Assembly (NCBI GenBank): GCA_041690395.1
Contig: JAWLHJ010000002.1
Location: 657,099 to 721,098 of the forward strand
Length of the DNA stretch: 64,000 nt
Origin: Longimicrobiales bacterium
GTDB taxonomy: Bacteria > Gemmatimonadota > Gemmatimonadetes > Longimicrobiales > Gaopeijiaceae
Direction: 5' to 3'
This document shows, piece by piece, positions 54,913 to 64,000 of the stretch. The position numbers and the translations under genes were made by a program. Numbering within the stretch: position 1 is the first letter of the stretch; each line of letters opens with the position of its first letter. The notes under the pieces were generated by a model. That model saw only the letters and a list, made by a program, of their open reading frames with translations, made no database searches and had not been told where the DNA came from.

Positions 54913-57087
54913 ATGACGTCCCGACTCCCCCACGCGGTGCGCCCGCAGCCGGTTCCCCCCGACGCGGCGCTGGACCATCCGGCGCTCTATTTCAGCCGCG
55001 AGCTGAGCTGGCTGGACTTCAACCGGCGGGTCCTCATGCAGGCGCTCGACCCGGCGCTCCCGGTGCTCGAGCGGATCCGCTTCCTGGCGATCACCGACAG
55101 CAACCTGGACGAGTTCGTCCAGAAGAGGGTCGGGGGGCTCCGTCGGCAGCAGGCCGCCCACGTCACCAGGTCCTTCTCGGACGGAAGACTTCCCTCGGAA
55201 CTGCTGGTCTTCGTGCGGCAATCCGTCCGGGCCATGCAGGAGGTCATCGACCAGGCCTGGGTCCACGAGCTGAAGCCCCTCCTCGCGGAGCGGGCGGGCG
55301 TCAGGGTGCTCCGCTGGAACGAGCTCACGGCCGCCCAGCGCGAAGCCCTCGCGGCGCATTTCCACGAGCATCTATACCCGATCCTCACCCCGATGGTGGT
55401 GGATCCCGGGCACCCGTTCCCGTTCATCTCGAACCTCAGCCTGTCCCTGGCGATCGAGCTGCGCGACAGCCGCTCGAGCGTGCATTACTTCGCGCGACTG
55501 AAGGTCCCGGTCCGGGTCGGTCGGTTCCTTCCCGTACCCGGCGCCCACGGCCCCTTCGACTTCGTCGCGGTCGAGGAGGTCGTGCGGCACAACGTCGGCG
55601 CGCTCTTCCCCGGACTCGAAGTGCTCGAGGTCCACTCGTTCCGGGTAACGAGGAACGCGGACGTGGAGCGCGAGGAGGAGGAGGCCGAGGACCTCATCGA
55701 GATGATCGCCGAAGAGCTCCGGGAACGCCGGCTCGCTCCCGTGGTGCGCCTGGAGGTGGAACGCGCGATGCCGGCCGACATGCGGCATATCCTCCTGGAC
55801 GAGCTGGAGCTCGAGGCCGAAGACCTCGTCGAGATCCAGGGAGACCTCGCGCTCGAAGCGCTCCACCAGCTGGCCGATCTCGAGCTCCCCCAGCACAGGT
55901 TTCCCGCGTGGGAGCCCGTGGTGCCGGCGCGCCTCGCCGGCGGGGACGCCGAGGACGGGGAGGAAGACGGCCGGGACATCTTCTCCATCCTGCGAGAGGG
56001 AGACCTGCTGGTGCATCACCCCTACGAGTCGTTCGCCGCGAGCGTGCAGCGGCTCGTCTGGGAGGCGGCGGACGATCCGGCGGTGCTGGCCATCAAGCAG
56101 ACGCTGTACCGGACCTCCGAGCACTCGACGATCGTCGAAGCCCTTCTGCGCGCCGCGGCGCGGGGCAAGCAGGTGGCGGTCATGGTCGAGGTGAAGGCCC
56201 GCTTCGACGAGCAGAACAACATCGAGTGGGCACGCATCCTGGAGACGGCGGGTGTGCACGTGACCTACGGGGTCATGGGGCTGAAGACCCACGCGAAGGC
56301 CATGCTCATCATCCGCGAGGAGGACGGCCATCCGCGTACGTATTGCCACATCGGGACCGGGAACTACCACGCCGGGAACGCGCGCACCTACACCGACCTC
56401 GGCCTGCTCACCTGCGACCCGCAGATCGGCGCGGACCTCGTCGCCCTCTTCCACTCGGTGACGGGTCTCGCCCCGGCTCAGGCGTACGACCGGCTCCTCG
56501 TGGCGCCGTCGGCCATGAGGGAGCAGTTCGGCGAGCTCATCCAGCGGGAGATCGACCTGGCCGAGAAGGGTCGCCCGGGGCTGATCGTCGCGAAGATGAA
56601 CGCGCTCGACGACGAAGAGATCATCCGGCAACTCTACGAGGCGTCGCGAGCCGGCGTCCGGGTGGACCTCATCGTGCGCGGGCATTGCAGCCTACGCCCC
56701 GGGGTTCCCGGATTCAGCGAGAACATCCGGGTGGTCAGCATCATCGGTCGGTTCCTCGAGCACGACCGGATCTTCCTGTTCGGAAACGACGGCGACCCGG
56801 TGGTCCTCACGGGGAGCGCCGACTGGCGCAGACGGAACATGGACGGCCGGGTCGAGGCAGTGGTGCCTATTCTCGATCCCGACCTCCGTCGACGGCTGAC
56901 GCACATCCTCGAGCTCGCGCTCGAAGACAACCAGCTCTCGTGGGAGCTCGGTTCCGACGGCGTCTACACGCGACGTACCCCCGCGGAGGACGAAGCGGCG
57001 GTGAGCCTCCACGAGGCGCTCATGGCGGAGACGCGACACACTGCGTCCGCCGCCGAGCCGCTTGTCCCTTCCGGCCCGCTCGGGTAG
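54913..57087 (+). CDS. ppk1: polyphosphate kinase 1
   Basis: RELSWLDFNRRVL, NLDEF, HPFPFISNLS, HHPYESF, KQTLYRT, KARFDE, KTHAK, RFLEHDR. Confidence 0.96.
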   Translation: MTSRLPHAVRPQPVPPDAALDHPALYFSRELSWLDFNRRVLMQALDPALPVLERIRFLAITDSNLDEFVQKRVGGLRRQQAAHVTRSFSDGRLPSELLVFVRQSVRAMQEVIDQAWVHELKPLLAERAGVRVLRWNELTAAQREALAAHFHEHLYPILTPMVVDPGHPFPFISNLSLSLAIELRDSRSSVHYFARLKVPVRVGRFLPVPGAHGPFDFVAVEEVVRHNVGALFPGLEVLEVHSFRVTRNADVEREEEEAEDLIEMIAEELRERRLAPVVRLEVERAMPADMRHILLDELELEAEDLVEIQGDLALEALHQLADLELPQHRFPAWEPVVPARLAGGDAEDGEEDGRDIFSILREGDLLVHHPYESFAASVQRLVWEAADDPAVLAIKQTLYRTSEHSTIVEALLRAAARGKQVAVMVEVKARFDEQNNIEWARILETAGVHVTYGVMGLKTHAKAMLIIREEDGHPRTYCHIGTGNYHAGNARTYTDLGLLTCDPQIGADLVALFHSVTGLAPAQAYDRLLVAPSAMREQFGELIQREIDLAEKGRPGLIVAKMNALDDEEIIRQLYEASRAGVRVDLIVRGHCSLRPGVPGFSENIRVVSIIGRFLEHDRIFLFGNDGDPVVLTGSADWRRRNMDGRVEAVVPILDPDLRRRLTHILELALEDNQLSWELGSDGVYTRRTPAEDEAAVSLHEALMAETRHTASAAEPLVPSGPLG

Positions 57088-57188
57088 GCTCCTTTCGGCG
57101 GCTCACGGGTACGCGTGAGCGACGCCGTTGGCCGGTGTCCGGGGACCGTCCCCCGGCCGCGCCACGGAACCGATCGTGGAGGACCTAC

Positions 57189-57782
57189 GTGACATCCCGC
57201 GCCTTCTTGCTCCTCGCCCTGACCGTGACGCCCACCCCGGCGTTCGCGGCGGGCCTCGCTCCGTCGACCCCCGCTCGGGCGTCGGTCCCCGCTCATCCGT
57301 CGGCCGTCCCGATCTGCCCGCTCCCAGCCGGGCCCGAGTACTACGCCTTCCCGCTCGCCGCCACGGGCAACCTGCCCGGCACGGGGTACGCCCGGGGCCG
57401 CGCCGAGATCGCCGTACCGGCCACCTCCCCCTTCCCCGTCGCCCTCGCCGCGGACGGGAGCTACGTCTACGACGTGCAGGTGGCGATCGACAACATGCGC
57501 GCGCCCCGCTCCGGCACGCTCGTCGCATGGGTGACGACACCGGACCTCGACCGGGTGGAACGCATCGGATCGCTCGGCGAGACGCTGCGCGCCTCGGGTC
57601 CCGTGTCGTGGAACAAGTTCATCGTGGTGGTGACGCTGGAGCCCGCCGACGATCCCGAGGCCGCGACGTGGTCCGGCCCCATCGTCTTCAGGGGGATGTC
57701 CCGGAGCGGCGCCATGCACACGATGGTCGGGCACGGCGCGCTGCAGCAGGAGAACTGCACCTCGTACGGCTACGGTGGCTGA
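57189..57782 (+). CDS. secreted hypothetical protein coupled to the multicopper oxidase
   Basis: GGAGGA RBS, GTG 57189; signal peptide; C-terminal MHTMVGHG. Confidence 0.72.
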   Translation: MTSRAFLLLALTVTPTPAFAAGLAPSTPARASVPAHPSAVPICPLPAGPEYYAFPLAATGNLPGTGYARGRAEIAVPATSPFPVALAADGSYVYDVQVAIDNMRAPRSGTLVAWVTTPDLDRVERIGSLGETLRASGPVSWNKFIVVVTLEPADDPEAATWSGPIVFRGMSRSGAMHTMVGHGALQQENCTSYGYGG

Positions 57783-59475
57783 CGTGCGACCCACGGCACC
57801 GGCGCTCTTCGCCGCCCTGCTTCTCGCCGTCGCGGCGGCGCCCGTCCTCGCGCAGCACGAGGGCCACGACATGCACGAGATGCACGGCATGACCATGGAG
57901 GGCGGATGGCGCATGGTCCCCATGGATCCGAACATGCCCATGCTGCCGGGCCTCGCCGAGGCGGTCCCGGTGGTGGGCGCGTTCCTGCCGGGGATGGGGA
58001 TGGACCCGTCGATGCTACCCGCGGCCCGCCCGTCCGAGGTCGTCGAGATGGCCGACGGCGACACCCTCGCCATCTCGGTCTCGATGGTTCGGCGCACGAT
58101 CGACGGCCACGAGATGGTCATGTACGGATACAACGGACAGTATCCCGGACCGCTCATCCAGGCCCCGAAGGACGCCACGCTGATCGTGCACGTCACGAAC
58201 GACATCCAGACGCCCACGACCATCCATTGGCACGGTATCCGGCTCGAGAACCGCTTCGACGGCGTCCCCGGCGTGACTCAGGACGCCATCGAGCAGGGGG
58301 AGAGCTTCACCTACGAGGTGCACGTGCCGGACGCTGGCATGTTCTGGTACCACCCGCACGTGCGGGAGGACGTCCAGCAGGACCTCGGGCTCTTCGGCAA
58401 CCTGCACGTCACGTCGCCCGACCCGGAGTATTACGGCCCGGCGCACCGCGAGGAGGTCTTCGTCCTCGACGACATCCTCATGGACGAGCAGGGTCCCCTG
58501 CCCTGGGGGGACAGCGCGCCGACGCACGCCCTCATGGGCCGCTTCGGCAACGTCATGATGGTCAACGGCGAGACCGACCACCGGCTCACGGTGCGCCGGG
58601 GCGAGGTCGTGCGCTTCTTCCTCACCAACGTGGCGAACACGCGCACCTTCAACGTCACGTTCGGAGGCGCCCGGGCGAAGGTGGTGGCTTCGGACATCGG
58701 CCGATACGAGCGGGAGCAGTGGGTGCCTTCGGTGGTCATCGCGCCCGCGGAGCGCTACGTGGTCGACGTCCGCTTCGACGAGCCGGGCGAAGTCGCCATC
58801 GCCAACACCATCCAGGCCATCAACCACTTCCGGGGCGTGTTCTACCCGCACGTGGACACCCTGTCGATGGTGACCGTGACGGAGGAGCGGGCCGAGGCGA
58901 GCGTCTCCGAGGCGTTCGACACGCTCCGCGAGCACGAGGCCGTGCAGACCGAGATCGACGGCTTCAGGCAGTGGTTCGGTCGCGCGCCCGACCATGAGCT
59001 CGAGGCGACGGTCCGCGTGCAGGATCTGCACAACTCGATCATGCTCTCGATGGAGGCGGATACACTGTACTATCCGCCCATCGAGTGGAACGACGGCATG
59101 CCGATGATGAACTGGCTGTCCACCGGTGAGCAGGTGACGTGGATCCTCAGGGACCGCGCGACGGGCGCCGAGAACGACGACATCGACTGGAGCTTCCGGG
59201 TCGGAGACGTGGTGAAGATCCGCATCTTCAACAGCCCGGACTCGTTCCACCCCATGAACCACCCGATCCACGTGCACGGACAGCGCTTCCTCGTGCTCTC
59301 CATGGACGGGGTCGAGAGCGAGAACCTCGTCTGGAAGGACACGGCCATCGCTCCGGTCGGGTCGACCATGGACCTGCTGGTCGAGATGTCGAACCCGGGC
59401 GAGTGGATGATCCACTGCCACATCGCCGAGCACCTCTCCGCGGGGATGATGTTCGGCTTCACGGTCGAGCCGTGA
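57775..59475 (+). CDS. multicopper oxidase with a Met/His-rich N-terminus
   Basis: IHWHG, WYHPH, HPIHVHG, HCHIAEHLSAGMM; QHEGHDMHEMHGM leader. Confidence 0.95.
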   Translation: MADVRPTAPALFAALLLAVAAAPVLAQHEGHDMHEMHGMTMEGGWRMVPMDPNMPMLPGLAEAVPVVGAFLPGMGMDPSMLPAARPSEVVEMADGDTLAISVSMVRRTIDGHEMVMYGYNGQYPGPLIQAPKDATLIVHVTNDIQTPTTIHWHGIRLENRFDGVPGVTQDAIEQGESFTYEVHVPDAGMFWYHPHVREDVQQDLGLFGNLHVTSPDPEYYGPAHREEVFVLDDILMDEQGPLPWGDSAPTHALMGRFGNVMMVNGETDHRLTVRRGEVVRFFLTNVANTRTFNVTFGGARAKVVASDIGRYEREQWVPSVVIAPAERYVVDVRFDEPGEVAIANTIQAINHFRGVFYPHVDTLSMVTVTEERAEASVSEAFDTLREHEAVQTEIDGFRQWFGRAPDHELEATVRVQDLHNSIMLSMEADTLYYPPIEWNDGMPMMNWLSTGEQVTWILRDRATGAENDDIDWSFRVGDVVKIRIFNSPDSFHPMNHPIHVHGQRFLVLSMDGVESENLVWKDTAIAPVGSTMDLLVEMSNPGEWMIHCHIAEHLSAGMMFGFTVEP

Positions 59476-59945
59476 GTTCGAAGCTCCGCGCGGCCATCCC
59501 GATCCTGCTCTCCATCTCCGCGGCGGCCCTGCTCTTCGTCGGCGTCGACCGGCTCCTCGAGCGGCAACGGATCTCCGAGGAGGTCACCCGGCTCCGGGGC
59601 GAGCTCTTCCAGGCCCGGGCGGCCGCGCAGCGGTGCCAGGGCGGCCTGGCCAACTCGGAGGCCCGCCTGCGGGACTTCGACGACGTGATCGGCTCGCTGC
59701 GCGCTCGCGTGGACAGCTTCGAGGCGCTCGACGCGCGTGGCGTGCCGGAAGAGGAGTACGAAGCCTACATGGAGTCGTTCGAGAGCTACAACGACTCCGT
59801 GGCCGCGTGGGAAGACCGCGCCCAACGACTGCGGACGGCCGAGGCTTCCTGCCGCGCCACCATCGAGCGGCACAACGCGCTCCGCGACACGCTGCGGGGA
59901 GTGATGGAGAGCGCTGGCCTCGCGCCCGCCGACACCACGGAGTGA
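59472..59945 (+). CDS. membrane-anchored coiled-coil hypothetical protein
   Basis: GTGA overlap with the oxidase; N-terminal TM helix, helical body with two Cys. Confidence 0.7.
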   Translation: MSSKLRAAIPILLSISAAALLFVGVDRLLERQRISEEVTRLRGELFQARAAAQRCQGGLANSEARLRDFDDVIGSLRARVDSFEALDARGVPEEEYEAYMESFESYNDSVAAWEDRAQRLRTAEASCRATIERHNALRDTLRGVMESAGLAPADTTE

Positions 59946-59949
59946 GACG

Positions 59950-61878
59950 CTGAGCCGGGAGTACGAGTACCACTGGAGCTGGTCCCTCCCGGCGTCCCCC
60001 GAAGCGCTCTGGCCGCTCGCCTCCGACACGAACCGCTTCAACCGCGATGTGGGACTTCCTCCCGTGGAGGAGATCGTGCCCGAAGACGGCCCCTCCCCCA
60101 ATGCGCGCCGCCGACTCCGGCTGCGTGTGAAGGGGGTCACTCTGGAATGGGAGGAGCTTCCGTTCGAGTGGGTCCGGCCCCACCGTTTCGGCGTCGTCAG
60201 GCGCTACAGCCGGGGCCCGCTCCGCGAGATGCGGGTCCTGGCCACGCTCGAGGAGGAGGGGGAGGGCCGCACCCGACTCTCGTACCACGTCCACGCACGC
60301 CCCCGGGGACTGTTCGGGCGCCTTACCGCCCCGCTCCAGATCGGCGTGATCAGCCGCATCACGTTCGGGCGGGCGTTCAAGCGGTACGCCGAGAAGGTCG
60401 GCTCGGACGGCGAGGGGATGCGGGCCGAAACGGTCGTCGCTCACCGCAGCGTACCCCGTCTTGAGCGGGCCGGACGCCGCCTCGCCGACGCCGGTGTGGC
60501 GCCCGAACTGGCCGACCGCCTGCTCGAGCATGTCGCCACGGCCGACGACCTCAGCCTGGCCCGCATCCGCCCTTACGAGCGCGCGGACACGTGGGGGCTC
60601 CCGCGCCGGGCCGTACTGGGCGCCTGCCTGCACGCGACCCGCACGGGGCTGCTCGATCTGTCGTGGGACGTGATCTGCCCGCGCTGCCTGGGCGCCAAGG
60701 ACCGCGCGGATTCTCTGCGGAACATGCGTGAGGGCGCCGTGCACTGCGACAGCTGCGACGTCACCTTCTCCCGTGACTTCGCGCGCTCGGTGGAGGTGGC
60801 CTTCACCCCGACGCCGGCGGTACGAGCCATCGAGGCGCCGCCGTTCTGCGTGGCCGGCCCCCAGATCACGCCCCACATAGAGGTGCAGCAACTCCTCGGC
60901 GCCGGGGAGGAGCGCACCGTCGAGGGGGTGCTCGAGGCGGGCCGGCACCGTATCCGCGCGTGGGGTGTCCCCGACGGCCCGACCTTCGACGTGGTGGAGG
61001 ACGGCGAGGACCGGGCGGGCTTCGTGCTCGGTCCCGGCGGGTGGTCACCGCCACCGGGCCCGGTGGCTCCCGACGCGGCGCTGGAGATCCGGAACGGCAC
61101 CGGATCCGAGGTGCTCTTCGACGTGGAGCGGATCACGTGGGCCGACTCGGCCGCGACCGCCGCCGAGGTCACGGCCCTGGCGGACTTCCGCGACCTGTTC
61201 AGCGACGAGGTGCTGCGGGCCGGCGCCTTCGTCAGCGTGGGCAACCTGACCATTCTGTTCACCGACCTGAAGGGCTCCACCCAGCTGTACCGCAAGGTCG
61301 GCGACGCACCCGCGTTCGGCCGGGTCATGCGGCACTTCGACATGCTCGAAGCCGCGGTGCGTGCGCACGACGGAGCCGTGGTCAAGACGATCGGGGACGC
61401 CGTGATGGCGGTCTTTCGGGAGCCACAGGACGCGCTGCGCGCGGTGCGCGAGGCCCAGGACGGGCTCACCCGGGACGCGGAGGAGGGCGCCGGGGGCGAT
61501 GGGCCGCTCGGGTCTCGCGACCGGGACGGTCCCGACCCGCACGAGCGCCTCGTCCTCAAAGCGGGCCTACACTACGGTCCGTGCATCGCGGTGAACCTCG
61601 ACGAGCGACTCGACTACTTCGGCTCGACGGTCAACATCGCGGCCCGGCTCGGCGCCGTCTCCGCCGGAGACGACGTGGTGGTGTCCGACGCCGTCCGTGT
61701 CGATCCGGGCGTGGACGAGCTGCTGCTCGACACCGGCGCGGAGCTCCAGTCGCTCGACGTGAGCGTGCGCGGCCTCGAGGAGCGGCTCCGCGTGTGGCGG
61801 GTCGGGTTCGGGGAGCCGAGCCGGCGGGTGGGCGTCCCGAAGGACCCGCCCGAAACACCGGAGGTTGCGGCGTCGTAG
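59950..61878 (+). CDS. adenylate/guanylate cyclase with SRPBCC-like and Cys4 (DUF5939-like) domains
   Basis: TILFTDLKGST, VKTIGDAVMA, DYFGSTVNIAARL; CPRC/CDSC; frame extends upstream of 60049 (WSLPASPEALWPLASDTNRFN) to a probable CTG start. Confidence 0.88.
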   Translation: MSREYEYHWSWSLPASPEALWPLASDTNRFNRDVGLPPVEEIVPEDGPSPNARRRLRLRVKGVTLEWEELPFEWVRPHRFGVVRRYSRGPLREMRVLATLEEEGEGRTRLSYHVHARPRGLFGRLTAPLQIGVISRITFGRAFKRYAEKVGSDGEGMRAETVVAHRSVPRLERAGRRLADAGVAPELADRLLEHVATADDLSLARIRPYERADTWGLPRRAVLGACLHATRTGLLDLSWDVICPRCLGAKDRADSLRNMREGAVHCDSCDVTFSRDFARSVEVAFTPTPAVRAIEAPPFCVAGPQITPHIEVQQLLGAGEERTVEGVLEAGRHRIRAWGVPDGPTFDVVEDGEDRAGFVLGPGGWSPPPGPVAPDAALEIRNGTGSEVLFDVERITWADSAATAAEVTALADFRDLFSDEVLRAGAFVSVGNLTILFTDLKGSTQLYRKVGDAPAFGRVMRHFDMLEAAVRAHDGAVVKTIGDAVMAVFREPQDALRAVREAQDGLTRDAEEGAGGDGPLGSRDRDGPDPHERLVLKAGLHYGPCIAVNLDERLDYFGSTVNIAARLGAVSAGDDVVVSDAVRVDPGVDELLLDTGAELQSLDVSVRGLEERLRVWRVGFGEPSRRVGVPKDPPETPEVAAS

Positions 61879-61929
61879 GGCAGAGCGGGAGGGCCACGCC
61901 GGCCTTCCCTTCCCGCACAGGAGGCTTCC

Positions 61930-62235
61930 GTGGACTGGGACAACCTCGCGCCCATGATCGTGCTGGTCGTGGCCACTCTGACCGTGGGCGGAGTGATCCT
62001 CCTCCGCCCGATCTCGAAGCGCATCGCGGAGCTCCTGGAGGTCTACGCCCGCGACAAGGATACGGGTCAGCAATCCGAGATTCGTCGCCTCCGCGAGGTC
62101 GTCGAGACTCTCGACGCCCGGATGCGGCTCGTCGAGGAGCGCCAGGACTTCACGGACAAGCTGCTGGAGGGCCCCTCTACGCGGGACCCGGCTCGCCTTC
62201 CGCGCCACGCGGAGGGGCCCGACGCGTCAGCCTGA
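61930..62235 (+). CDS. small membrane-anchored coiled-coil protein
   Basis: AGGAGG RBS, TM helix, EERQDFTDKLL. Confidence 0.75.
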   Translation: MDWDNLAPMIVLVVATLTVGGVILLRPISKRIAELLEVYARDKDTGQQSEIRRLREVVETLDARMRLVEERQDFTDKLLEGPSTRDPARLPRHAEGPDASA

Positions 62236-63289
62236 CCGGCAGGCGACGCAGGTGCGCTTCCAGTAGCCGCCGCGGCGTGAGCTCCTCGTCGATGATGCGC
62301 GCCAACTCCTCTTCCCGCTTCCAGAGGAACGCCACGGCGCGGAGCTCCATCTCCAGCATGCGCCGCTCCGCGGACTCGTTCAGGGCGATCTCGAGGCCGA
62401 TGGTGCCGACCGGCCCGAGCTTCCAGAGCGAGGCCCGCCGGTCCGTCAGCGCCTCGGTGAACGCGCCGGCGGACCCCGCCCGCTCGATCTCCCGCGCCGC
62501 GTCCGTGATGCGGCCCTCCGACGCTCCCGCGATGTTCTGATACGCGAGTAGCCGCCTCAGGACGTTCTCGGCCACGTCTCCATGGAGCTCGTAGACCTTC
62601 TCGGGTGTCCAGGGATCACATCGCTGACAGGGGACGCCCACCGACAGCCGCCCGTCGGGGCCGCGCAGCGGATACACCCACCACCCGAGGTCGTAGCGCA
62701 GCGCGCGCAGGGTGCTGTGGCAGTACGGGCACGTCTCGCGCCCGTGCCACGCGGCCCATCCGAAGCGCCGCCACCGCACGATGTCCTCGACGGGCGTGTC
62801 CTCCCAGTCGATGCAGAAGTCGGGATCGCTCAGGCCGAGCAGGGAGCCGACGTAGGAGAGCCCGCCGAGTGCGTACGCGGACACCGTGGCGCGCGGGCTC
62901 GCCATGGCTGCCCGGCGCTTCCGGAGCTCTCGTCCGTAGCGCCACCAGGCCCGCTCGACGAGCCGGGCCGCACCGACCCGGACGATCGTCAGCCCGTCGG
63001 CCTCGAAGAGCGCGACGTTGGCGGTCTTCGCCAATGGGCGTCCGCGATCGTGGACGAGCCGCTCCAGGTCGTACAGCGCGGCGTCCCGGGCCTCGATGGG
63101 CCACAGATTCCAGCGGCCGCAGGAGGCGCACACGACCCACAGCCGTCCGGCCACCGGGTCGTAGGCGAAGCGCCACCCGAGCGGCAGATGGGCCAGGTGC
63201 CGGTTCCGCGGCAGCGACACGTGGCAGAACAGGCAGCGCGTCAGCACCGTGTCGTTGGCCGTGATCCCTTCATCCGTCGTCGTCATCAT
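62177..63289 (-). CDS. hypothetical protein with two C4 zinc ribbons
   Basis: CLFC..CASC and CPYC..CQRC; GRLWVVC..CGRWNL motif. Confidence 0.78.
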   Translation of the reverse strand: MMTTTDEGITANDTVLTRCLFCHVSLPRNRHLAHLPLGWRFAYDPVAGRLWVVCASCGRWNLWPIEARDAALYDLERLVHDRGRPLAKTANVALFEADGLTIVRVGAARLVERAWWRYGRELRKRRAAMASPRATVSAYALGGLSYVGSLLGLSDPDFCIDWEDTPVEDIVRWRRFGWAAWHGRETCPYCHSTLRALRYDLGWWVYPLRGPDGRLSVGVPCQRCDPWTPEKVYELHGDVAENVLRRLLAYQNIAGASEGRITDAAREIERAGSAGAFTEALTDRRASLWKLGPVGTIGLEIALNESAERRMLEMELRAVAFLWKREEELARIIDEELTPRRLLEAHLRRLPVRLTRRAPPRGAEGEPGPA

Positions 63290-63424
63290 CGTCGTCCCTG
63301 GCCCAGCCACCCCGGCGGCGGGCTCGTTCCCGTGGTCCGCGACCCGCGGCCGCGCCTCGGCGACCGGGTGCCGCGTCCTGTTCCTACCCTCGGTGCGGGC
63401 CCCGCGGTCCCCGCCCGCTCGGCG

Positions 63425-63931
63425 TCACCGGGCCGCCGCGATGCACTCGATCTCGACGCGGGCGTCGAAGGCGAGCCCCCCGGAGGCGAGCGCCGACCGT
63501 GCGGGCGGGTCGGACGGGAAGAACTCGAGGTACACCTCGTTCATCGCCGCGTAGTCCGCCATGTCAGCGAGGAAGACCGTGCACTTCACCATATCCGCCA
63601 TGGAGCCGCCCGCGGCCTCGATGACGTTCCGCAGATTCTCGAGGGTCTGGCGGGTCTCCGGTCCGATGCCGCCCTCGACCAGCCGGATCTCGTCTCCCGG
63701 CTCGGCGCCGATGGCACCGGAAAGGAAGATGAAGTCGCCGCTCCGGATCGCGGAAGAGAACACCGGCAGCCGGGCGACGCCCGGAACCTCGACGACCTCC
63801 TTGTGAGGCGCCTCGGCCGCGGCCTGGGCGCCGTTACGATCGACGCGCGGCTCGAACGAGCACGCGGCCGTGGTCCACGTGAGGGCGAGGATCACTCCGG
63901 CTCGGGCAACGTTCCGGAAGGGCCACGTCAT
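63425..63931 (-). CDS. RidA family protein with lipoprotein signal
   Basis: Lipobox TAAC; FSSA, LSGAIG, DYAAMNEVY, PARSA, VEIECIA; AAGGAG RBS. Confidence 0.9.
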   Translation of the reverse strand: MTWPFRNVARAGVILALTWTTAACSFEPRVDRNGAQAAAEAPHKEVVEVPGVARLPVFSSAIRSGDFIFLSGAIGAEPGDEIRLVEGGIGPETRQTLENLRNVIEAAGGSMADMVKCTVFLADMADYAAMNEVYLEFFPSDPPARSALASGGLAFDARVEIECIAAAR

Positions 63932-64000
63932 GGTGTTCGCTCCTTGGTCACGGACGGATCGCTGGGTGCGGGGCGGAGCGTCGCGCGCCGCCGGTCCGCC

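Noticed and set aside
55908..57188. 624-aa ORF overlapping ppk1
   Set aside because: Alternate frame of ppk1; only 57189-57782 has an RBS, signal peptide and coding character
1..64000. Prophage, defence island, tRNA or rRNA genes
   Set aside because: No integrase, transposase, structural phage, restriction or toxin genes and no cloverleaf or rRNA-like sequence recognised by eye; composition appears uniform

Overview
GC-rich bacterial chromosomal segment with about 65 densely packed protein-coding genes and no rRNA, tRNA, CRISPR, transposase or phage genes that I can recognise. The gene families suggest a Gemmatimonadota-like organism (inference only). Housekeeping and metabolic genes include an M3 oligopeptidase, dnaE, an ALDH7-type dehydrogenase, msrA, cysK, map, csaA, a glutamate dehydrogenase, kynA/kynU, a class A PBP, ppx-ppk1 and a multicopper oxidase. 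Several signals are missing from the ORF track. (1) An unlisted gene (23563-23913, minus) encodes an ArsC/Spx-like thioredoxin-fold protein with an in-frame TGA in a U-x-x-C motif, followed by a SECIS-like hairpin, i.e. a selenoprotein. (2) A sigma54-type promoter precedes a three-gene operon of uncharacterised envelope proteins (CxxC beta-barrel, His/Cys-rich lipoprotein, small barrel); a paralogue of the last gene 13 kb away has its own sigma54-type promoter. (3) An NsrR-like regulator, group III truncated haemoglobin and CxxCH periplasmic protein form an operon with a 7-5-7 palindromic operator. Other points: a HEAT-repeat/HD-GYP pair sharing an N-terminal domain, a nuclease-less tandem homing-endonuclease-type HTH protein, an apparently inactive secreted alpha/beta hydrolase, two probable CTG starts, an orphan GAK-system CofD-like gene and two MITE-like inverted-repeat elements. 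All calls rest on motif reading by eye; no searches were run.
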